38,450 nucleotides of DNA, taken from assembly GCA_030141605.1 (NCBI GenBank), contig JAQGDQ010001489.1:1-38450 (forward strand), read 5' to 3'. Source of the DNA: Tubiluchus corallicola (taxonomy: Eukaryota; Animalia; Priapulida). Below the pieces are notes generated by a model. The model did not search any database. It had not been told where the DNA came from and saw nothing but the letters and a program-made list of their open reading frames with translations. Of the stretch, positions 1-10,700 are shown piece by piece. The stretch's first letter is position 1, and each line of letters starts with the position of its first letter. The translations under genes and the position numbers were made by a program.

Positions 1-54
1 AAATTGTACAATGGAAATTTTATTTTAGACACTGAGAATTTGAATTCGATCAGT

Positions 55-206
55 TGGTTTGTCGGTCAGACAGATACAAAGATAGGTAAGCAGACAGGTA
101 GATAGATGGATGGATGGATGGATGGATGGATGGGTGGACGGACGGACGGACGGACGGACGGACGGACGGACGGACGGACGGACGGACGGACGGACGGACG
201 GAGAGG

Positions 207-249
<43 letters not shown>

Positions 250-355
250 TTAGATAGATAGATAGATGGATGGATGGATGGATGGATGGATGGATGGATG
301 GATGGATGGATGGACGGACGGACGGGACGGACGGACGGACGGACGGACGGAGAGG

Positions 356-390
<35 letters not shown>

Positions 391-473
391 TTAGATAGAT
401 AGATAGATAGATAGATGGATGGATGGATGGATGGATGGATGGATGGATGGACGGACGGACGGACGGACGGACG

Positions 474-504
<31 letters not shown>

Positions 505-512
505 AGATAGAT
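55..512. repeat. Compound tetranucleotide microsatellite (GATA/GATG/GACG/GACA)
   Basis: Seen directly; includes a duplicated block starting GAGAGGTA at ~201 and ~350. Confidence 0.95.
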
Positions 513-726
513 AGGCATCGCAAAAATATATCAACATTAAGTTGTGTACACAGTCTCGTGGCAATCTTTGGGCACTGTCTCGTGCTGTCATGCATTGCTT
601 CTGCTCAGCTTTGTCTCACTTATTGTTTCCTATCCTACCCTGGTTTATTCTGTTTCGTCTTCTCTTGTTGTAGTAATCTCGAGCAGTAGTAACACAATCA
701 TTCATTTTCTAAGAAACTACAAATAT

Positions 727-1267
727 TTAAAGGAGGATGATTGTGTAAACACGAGTTAAGAGTAAAGAATGCTCTAAAATATTGAAAACTACAATAGCTT
801 ATTTTAAACCAAAGCTTAGATTAAATAATATTTACCTCAGATACTCAAATTTCGTTAAACTTTCAAAGCTACTCGCGGTTCAGCGAATCTACTAAGATTG
901 GCAGCGGCGCCTTTTTGTCACATGCGCGTGGCCGACAAATAGAAGGCGGTACCATGATAACCATGATCATAAGTTGCAGTGTTAATTTCTGACGTCATAA
1001 GACGTAGTGCAAATTTTCGTGACATCACGCGTTTAAGCAGTACTGTAACACTTACGCATACTTGTTTGACGTGCAGGGAAGATGCCAACCATTGCACAAA
1101 CTGTTGTTAGTTTCTTAATTAACTGTTGCCGTTAATTAACTTTCTAACCTAATTAATCAAATATAAGAAACAATTGCTATTTTTTTGCTAATTGCTAGAA
1201 AAGGTATATTTTGTACAGTAAATTAAAATGAGATCGAGTCTTATCAATTGTCCAGTTTTCCTTTTAA
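727..1267 (-). mobile_element. TTAA-flanked MITE family 1 (Kolobok/T2-like), copy A, inverted
   Basis: Reverse complement of 10930-11438; ends TTAAAGGAGGATGATTGT ... AATTGTCCAGTTTTCCTTTTAA. Confidence 0.8.
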
Positions 1268-1490
1268 TTAAAATAATGTCATGTCCTGCCTTGTTCTGAC
1301 ATGCCTAGATTGTCTAAACTGTCTCTTCGAACATTATTGTCATATTCGGATTTGTCCAATCTGGCTCTACAATGTTCGTAAGGCTGCTCATGCCTGGAAG
1401 CTTTCCTGCCTAGTTTAATTGGGACCAATCGATTGTGTTCTACTAGCGAGTAGAAAGACTATTTTCAGCATCATTCTACAAAGATTTTTT

Positions 1491-2250
1491 TATAGATTTT
1501 ACACGTCAAATGTAGACACACGAAAGTTCAAATGTGACTTAGGTAAGTCAAATGTAGACATAGGAATTTCGAATGTGTTTTGGTAACTCAAATGTGACTT
1601 AGGTAAGTCAAATGTAGAAGCATTACTTTGAATAAATCGGCAATTAACTGATCTAAGTGTAAAATTACAAAAAGATAAACCAAAGATAGTCATCACCTCT
1701 TTCATAACTTTGAAAAATGCATTGTTTATCCTCAAACTAAACTCTTTGATAAACCATAGCGTTGGTAGAAAAGAATAAATTGGTTCCCACTTCCCAATGA
1801 ACAGTGAATCACTAATTAGTTTTTTAAGTAATGCATTAGCACTGCATTAATGAATTAGTTTCTCTCAAGAAACATTGTTTATTTTAAGAATGTATTTTTT
1901 TCTCTAAGAGTTCCGGGGTATGTAAATTTTACAGAATATTAGTGAACTATTAGTAGACCTATGAAGTTATTATTTTCACATTCTTCAGAGCAATTATTAA
2001 GTTAAGATCAAAGAAGATTAAATTTTACTTCCTTAAACTTTACCACCTATCCACATTTGAGATACCAATGTCACATTTGACTTGACATGTGTCTACATTT
2101 GACTTACCAAAAACGCTTAAGATTTCTTGAAAACCATTGTTAACACATTTGAATTACCTAAATCTACGTTTGAGTTACCAAGACACATTTGAATTACCTA
2201 AATCTACATTTGAGTTAACGCAGGTCTACATTTGACATGTAAAACCTATA
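1491..2250. mobile_element. Foldback-type MITE
   Basis: 27-bp TIR TATAG(A/G)TTTTACA(C/T)GTCAAATGTAGAC (25/27) extended by inverted arrays of ~21-bp CAAATGT subunits. Confidence 0.75.
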
Positions 2251-3486
2251 TTACACGCATTTGAAAAATGATTTTTTTCCATTGATTACATGATTTTTAA
2301 ACTATGTGAATGAAAAACTTCAATAAACTTGTGGTGTTTTAGCTATGATAACTTCATTTGCCATTAAAATACATTGATAATCACTGATAAAAACTTTACA
2401 GTTGATGATCAATCAGTGTTAGTTAATAGAAACTTACACTGCTAAAGGCAAATGCCTCAGTGCAATCTAAACTACTGTGCAGTAACGGAAAGTAACGACG
2501 AATAAAATCAAACATATTTACAACTATGCACAAAAAATGAAAAAATTATGATTTAGTTAATATGGCCGTGGATATATGAATTCTGAATGTGTATGTTGTC
2601 GTACTGGTGTGATGGTATTTCATATCTTGTTAATATTAATGATTTTAATTTTGCTTTAAATGCTGATAGGGACTTGATTTGTTTAACCTAGATTTGCATA
2701 GAAAGTTTTTTGGGACATAACTTAACATTACCTCTTCCTCGCCTGATTTACATCGTGCGCGTATGACATCACGAAATGGCGCCGTTACAACAGTATCGCG
2801 GGAGATTTAAAATGAAAACGAGCAAAAATTCTTTAACAGTAGTTCGATATATGCATAACATTGCTGCAAAGTAGCACAATTTTTTAAAGTTGATTTTTTT
2901 AAATCTACTTCAGACACCACTTTTCTTGTCCTTTAATCCTTGAGTTAACACATACGAATGTTTTGTCGTATGACTATCACATGATCACACACAAATGTCT
3001 GTGCCCTACCTTAGGCACTATAATATTTCTGGTTAGGAGGTAAATAAGCTATTTGTTCAAAACTTAAAACATAATCCACTTGACTATAGACAATTTACAC
3101 AACAGGACCTAGCTTGCAAAGATGAATTAACGATAGGATTTGGAAAAAAGGTAAATTTGTTATTCTAAAATGGTTTGCTGATGTTGTTAATGTATTTAAA
3201 TATAAAACGCAGAGTAAAATATTCTTTGTGTGCTTCAATGATTGGGATTTTTAAAGTTTTTCTCAGGTTAGTTTTTAAAGCTTTGAATTTTTGTCTACCT
3301 GCCTTACGTTTGTATGAGTACCCAGCTATCAATCTCAACGCATTAACTTGTTTACGTTGTACAGTTTCACTTTTGTGTTATAATTCTGACTGTTCTGCGT
3401 TCTCAGCGAAACAATAGAACATCCACTCTGACTGAGCGCCAACGGCAGTTTTGTGTCAAGTTCAAAATATTTTCTGAACTAGTTTT

Positions 3487-4032
3487 AGTTTAAACATAAT
3501 TTATTATAGGATTGGATCAGACAGTTTGAACAACATGATTTAGGATCCTCACCACAACAGACTTTATACACTATTTACAGTAAGAATACACTATAACTGC
3601 ACAAGCTGACAAGTTTTACTACAAGATTACATTAGACATTAGTAGGAAATGTCGGTTAGAAAATATTAATGTACAAATATTTAAGAATGATGCATTTCAT
3701 GTCAGATAGAAACTACTGGAAGCGTTTACTACGTAATATACAGTCTCTCTTAATATATAATGTATGCATTTGAATATTTTACGGTTAGCAACATAGTTAA
3801 ATTAATCTTTACCGAATAATAACAACTTCAACAGATCATTATTTCCTAAGACAGCTATATTAAGGTTTTCGGGCAGAAGTATTGCATTTAATTTATCAAA
3901 CATAACTACCCTAGCTAGTTGATGCAATGGGCAGTGCAACAAAAAGTGTCCAACAGACTCAAATCGAAATCCACAGTTACAATTCTGCAATATTGGATGA
4001 CCGTTATTATCTTTACAGCCTTTAAAGAAAAG
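3487..4032 (-). mobile_element. 5'-truncated CR1/L2-like LINE 3' end, copy 1
   Basis: [21 protein letters not shown]-terminal knuckle; 3'UTR ending AATAAATTATGTTTAAACT; 11-bp TSD GAACTAGTTTT at 3476-3486 and 4033-4043. Confidence 0.85.
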
Positions 4033-4403
4033 GAACTAGTTTTGACTGACATGACGCCTCGAGGCTTGTTAGTACCTACCTCATACGTAATCTGAAGGAC
4101 TGGTAGTAATCCAGGCCAAATCTTCATTACCTGATCACCTAGATACTAATGTTATCCTTCACGAACAGCATAAATTTTACGTTCATGGCATCGAAAGATG
4201 ACCGTAGTCTAAGTGATTGATGACGGCTGTAGGACAACGAAAGTTTAATGGCACTTTAGTTACTTCAAACAAAGAAAGCAATGGTTGTCATTTTTATTGT
4301 TAACCTAGGCCTAGTTGACTAATGCAGCGAAAACATCTCGCCCTGTTCTGTTTTAAGTACCACTAGTTGTGTGCAATTAGGGTAGTACGTTTCAGTTTCA
4401 GCC

Positions 4404-4473
4404 ATGAAAACCTTACCTGTGATAGGAACCTTGCTGCTGTGTGTGATAAACACTGAAGCGGTCATCTTGGACA
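4404..4473 (+). CDS. DM13 gene coding exon 1 (signal peptide)
   Basis: gccATG; [23 protein letters not shown]; donor A|gtaagt, phase 1. Confidence 0.8.
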
Positions 4474-4768
4474 GTAAGTAGCCATGCTGATATGCGTTTT
4501 GTAACGAGTATGCACTACCTGTACCTATGTGTACCTGTATTATAATAAAGTCGTCATGATCATGCCATCATCATCGCCGTCATCATCGTCACCATCATCG
4601 ACATTACTACCATCATCATCACCATCGTCATCATCATCACCATTATCATCATCATATTCATCATTATCATCATTATCTTCATCATCGTCATCGTCGCCAT
4701 CGTCGTCATCATCATCTTCATCATTATCATCATCATCTTCATCATCGTCATCATCGTCATCATCATCA

Positions 4769-4799
<31 letters not shown>

Positions 4800-7700
4800 C
4801 GTCGTTAACATTATCATCGTCATCATCATATTCATTGTCGTCGTCATCGCCATCACCTACATGCTATTAGTAGAATGTAAGTGTAGACGTTCTTTGTGAG
4901 CTAAGGCGTGCTTTTAGGAAATCAATTTTCTAGTAAAAAACACCACAGATAAGAAGTCCGGGGAAAAACCAGATTTACAAACTGCATACTAGGAATGTCC
5001 AGAGTAAGACATTGAGAAACAGCAGAAAAACGATACCAGCTGACATGTTTAGGAACAGACTGCCCGTTTTTACGAAAAATATATTCTCGTTTGGACTTAT
5101 TCAATTAATTAAGCTCTTAATTAATACATTTTAATTTCTGTTTTGTAGACGATGCTTTCCTCAATGGAAAACAATACGGTCAGCGTATAGGAGAACTGTC
5201 ATCAGAGAAAGGCGTGTCTGGTACCTTGTATGCTGCTGCCAAAAACACTCTCTGGTTGAATCAGTTTAATTTTCCTGGAAATTCTGATTGTCGTGGTAGG
5301 TATTGAATAAGATGTAAAATACAATTTTGTTGCTCGTGTTTTTTGACTTCAGAATAAGAAAATCGTATGAAACGCATTGTAAATGTAATATCTAATATGA
5401 TATGATATGATATGATATGATATGATATGATATGATATGATATGATATGATATGATATGATATGATATGATATGATATGATATGATATGATATGATATGA
5501 TATGATATGATATGATATGATATGACATAATATAATGCAATGCAATGCAATGCAATGCAATCCAATACAATACAATACAATACAATACAATACAATACAA
5601 TACAATACAATACAATTCAATACAATACAATACAATACAATACAATACAATACAATACAATACAATACAATACAATACAATACAATACAATACAATACAA
5701 TACAATACAATACAATACATACATACAATACAATACAATACAATACAATACAATACAATACAATACAATACAATACAATACAATACAATACAATACAATA
5801 CAATACAATACAATACAATACAATACAATACAATACAATACAATACAATACAATACAATACAATACAATACAATACAATACAATACAATACAACACAACA
5901 CAACACAACACAACACAACACAACACAACACAACACAACACAATACAATACAATACAATACAATACAATACAATACAATACAATACAATACAATACAATA
6001 CAATACAATACAATACAATACAGTACAGTACAGTACAGTACAGTACAATACAATACAATGCAATGCAATGCAATGCAATGCAATGCAACGCAACACAACA
6101 CAACACAATACAACACAATACAATACAATACAATACAATATAATATAACATAATATAATATCTAATATATTTTATATAGTTTGTTGTTGTTATTTTTGTT
6201 GCTGGGAATTCGAAAATGTTACAGACAAACAATTTTTAATAGTAGGTTTAGGTGCAGCATGTTGTGCATAACGAGATGGTAAATTTAAGAAAAGAATACT
6301 TTAATTGTGTTGTGTATTGTAGAATTGTACAATAACTCCAAAGGGGTGTGAACAGGACTTTACATTTTGCGCCAGACGATTCCCGTAGTTTCTATCTCGT
6401 TCTCATTCTATGTTCGTTTGTGATGCATCAATAGTTGAGCTCGCCCGCCGTTAATTAAGACTTTAATCTATTATTTAATTATCAGAAACACTTTTGCTGT
6501 ATTACTGGTGTTAAAGTACATGCTGTACTTTTTACTGTACCTGAAAATGGAGTTTTACTTCAGCATATCAGTACATCAGATAGTATAAAATCATCCTATC
6601 TTCCTTAATAAGCTGCTACAGAACAATTTGCTGTAAGATAATTGAGCTGAACAAAATATTAAAATTGCCAAGAGTATAGTTTTACTCCATCTTAAGCTTA
6701 AACTGACAACATTTTTTGTCATAACTGGTTTTTATTTTTTTCAGAAATTGTGTTTATTGTTGGTACTGAAGAGGGGGAGCCAAATCTTAGTTCTCCCAGT
6801 ACAAGTACGGCGCAAGGAGGGTAAGGCTTGAGAAAGTGAATTTAGTGCCTGTAAACCACCATTTATTACGACACTAAGTTTTGTTGACCACCTATAAAAA
6901 ACCTGCAGAACAAATAAATCAGATTCATTCATAATCCATAGTAGAGTAGAGTAGAGTGGAGTGGAGTGGAGTGGAGTGGAGTGGAGTGGAGTGGAGTGGA
7001 GTGGAGTGGAGTAGAGTAGAGTAGAGTAGAGTAGAGTAGAGTAGAGTAGAGTAGAGTAGAGTAGAGTAGAGTAGAGTAGAGTAGAGTAGAGTAGAGTAGA
7101 GTAGGGTAGAGTAGGGTAGGGTAGGGTAGGGTTGGGTAGGGTAGGGTAGGGTAGGGTAGGGTAGGGTAGGGTAGGGTAGGGTAGGGTAGAGTAGAACAGA
7201 GCAGAGCAGAGCAGAGCAGAGCAGAGCAGAGCAGAGCAGAGCAGAGCAGAGCAGAGCAGAGCAAAACAGAACAAAACAAAACAAAACAAAACAAAACAAA
7301 ACCAAACCAAACCAAACCAAACCAAACCAAACCCAACCCAACCCAACCCAACCCAACCCAACCCAACCCAACCCAACCCAAACCAAACCAAACCAAACCA
7401 AACCAAACCAAACCAAACCAAACCAAACCAAACCAAACCAAACCAAACCAAACCAAACCAAAACAAAACAAAACTAAACAAAACAAAACAAAACAAAACA
7501 AAACAAAACAAAACAAAACAAAACAAAACAAAACAAAACAAAACAAAACAAAACAAAACAAAACAAAACAAAACAAAACAAAACAAAAACAAAACAAAAC
7601 AGAATAAAGCTAAAACAAAACAAACAACCAAAAAAACTACAACAAAACAAATGGAAATGACAGAAATAATAACATGTTTATTTGCGCAGAGATGACTTGC

Positions 7701-10700
7701 TCGGACAACAAAGTAATGCACGTGGAGAATTAGTGGTCAGTGAAGAATTAGAGGATATCAAGTGGTTCGCTGTTTGGTGCACTGATGACCAATCAGAGGT
7801 AAAATCAACACTATCACTGTCGCCATCAACAACATCCACTCAAACTCATTAGAACTTGCTGCTTATCACTGTTGAAAATATATTCTTCTACTTTTCTCTC
7901 AGCAAATCTATAAGTGATTATGGTGGTTATGGCGATGATGACGACTAAGACGATGATGATAATGATTCTCCTGTTCCTGAAGATAATGATGATGATGACT
8001 ATAGCGATGATGACAATGACGACGACGGTGACGACGACGATGAGGATGATGATGACTATAGCGATGATGACAATGACGATGACGGTGACGACAACGATGA
8101 TGATGATGATGATGACATCGACGACGACGACGACAACGATGATGATGACGTTGATGACGATGACAATTATTTTGATGATGATGGTGGTGAAGCTCTATTG
8201 ATGATACTTCTGACGAGATATTGTGACAATGACGGCGATGAAGATGACAATGATGATTCTTCCAAAATTTGACGCTGAAATACAATTTAGATACCCTTTA
8301 GATACAATCAAAGCTCTTTATCTATAATGATTCTTTTTTGTGTACGGGGCACTGGCCTAGATAACTGAGTTACCTACTTTTGGTAGAAATGTTTTGTACT
8401 TCAAAGAGTTGGTTTGTTCAGAAATGATTTACGTACTGCAAATTACTTAAATTGTTTATTTCAACTAATCTTCATAGTAAATGCTTGTATGCACGTTGGT
8501 ACACTGGTTCAACTTTAAATTTAATGTATTCAAATTTAAACTATAGCTCTAAACACTTTACACTATAAAACATCGAAAGAAAACATAGTATTCTTTCCAG
8601 AATGACTTACGTAAAAGAATTATTACCACACAAACACAATTTTGCATTCGCGCCACTAGTTCTTCGCCGTTACGTGCATTCCGCCATTCGCTAGTTAGAC
8701 GGTCACTAGCGCCTGCATTTCGGAAACTCATTCATCATAAACAGGTGTTGCACCTTTCATTTCAGATGCGCAAGTTTGTGAGGTACTGCACACGTTTGGA
8801 AATTTCATGCCTAGCACAGCAGTAAATTTTTTGAATTTTTATCTTGAAACTTGACGAGTTTTAGTACAACACACTGAATATCTTACAGTAGCACTGTACT
8901 TCAATTCTCGCGTTCGTAAACACGTGCAACACGCGCGCGGAATATTTTTGTTGTTGAAAATTATGTTAGTTTGTGATGTCATCAGTAGTTGGGCTCGCCC
9001 GTCGTTAATTAAGTTTTTAATCTATTATTTAATTACTAGAAACGCTTTTGCAGCATTAATTGTGTTAAAATGTATACTTTTTATCGAACTTGAAACTAGT
9101 GTAATGTATGAACAATCATCCCGTCTTCCTTTAAGGGGAAAGAAAAGAGAATTTTAATGTAAATACCAAAGAACTTGCCACACAAAGTTATATTGCTTGG
9201 CAGCTCACCGTTAATTAAGTTTTTAATCTATTATTTAATTATCAGAAACGCTTTTTCGGTATTAATTGTGTTAAAAGGTGTACTTTTTATCTGGCTTTAT
9301 CTGGAAAGTGGGGAAGTATATGAAAAATCACCCTGTCTTCCTTTAAATCACCCCACAAGCATAAGCGCTAATCATTCGTCTTCGTCAGCTGTTAATACTT
9401 TGAATTATTATTCCTCCTTGCAGGATGCTAACTCGAATCTTGGTCACGTGATTTTTGATGACGTCACGACGCCCGTTCCCACGCCATTGGCGGGACAGCG
9501 ATTTGAGGGAACGCAGCAAGTTTTCAGCGACGCCATTACCATCGAAGATCATAGGACGATTACAGTAGAAAATTTGTTTTACAGCGGAAGAGGTCCTTGT
9601 AAGTGACTTATTAATTCATTACGTTAAACGTTGACACTATGTTTATACCGGGTGGCGCAGAAAAATATGCCGAATTTTAGACTATAGAAGTAACTGGCCT
9701 ACAAAGTGAAAATTTCACAGCATGATATATCGACCATTAACATGTGAAACAACTTGCCACAGAACATTTGTGAAATTACATCCATTTCACACTTTAAACA
9801 AGAGCTCAAATCTCATTTAAGTTCTTCGTTGCGTAAGAAACATTTTTCTTTGGTAAACCTCCAATTTCAGTGCATCTTACGCGCATGAGAATCGGATTTT
9901 CTCAGCTAAAGTATGACCTTTTCTCTAAAGGCTGTAAAGATAATAATGGTCATCCAGTATTGCTGAATTGTAACTGTGGATTTCGATTTGAATCTGTTGA
10001 ACACTTTTTGTTGCACTGCCCATTGTATCAACAAACTAGGGTTGTTATATTTGATAAATTAAATGAAATACTTCTGCCTGAAAACATTAATATAGCTGCC
10101 TAAGAACTAACGATCCGTTGAAGTTGTTATTATTCGGAAAAGATGAATTTAACTATGTTGCTAACTGTAAAATATTCCAATCCATACATGACTTTATATT
10201 ACGTACTAAACGCTTCCAGTAGTTTCTATCTGATATGAAATGCATCAGTCTTAAATATTCGTACATTAATATTTTCTAACCATCTTTTTCTACTAATGCC
10301 TAATGTAATCTTGTGGTAAAACTTGTCAGATATTGTAGTTATAGTCTATTCTTACTGTAAATGTTACTATTGTCTAACGTAATTTTGTAGTAAAACTTGT
10401 CAGCTTGTGTAGTTATAGTCAATTCTTACTGTAAATGTTACTAATGTCTAATGTAATCTTGTAGTAAAACCTGTCAGCTTGTGTAGTTATAGGATATTCT
10501 TATTGTAAATGTTTTTGTAAATAGTGTATATAGTCTGTTGTGGCGAGGATCCTAAATCATGTTGTTCAAACTGTCTGATCCAATCCTATGATAAATTATG
10601 TTTAAACTAACAGAGTGGAAACTTCACAACTTGATATTATACTACTTTGACCTTTGACTACGAGAGATATATGTTTATAGTTTCCGTGGTTTTTAAACTC

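Noticed and set aside
2440-2936. Another Kolobok-like MITE ending TTGTCCTTTAA
   Set aside because: No convincing left TIR and no second copy in the window
9870-10103. 77-aa Cys/His ORF as a host zinc-finger gene
   Set aside because: It is the C-terminal remnant of LINE ORF2, present in three truncated, stop- or frameshift-containing copies
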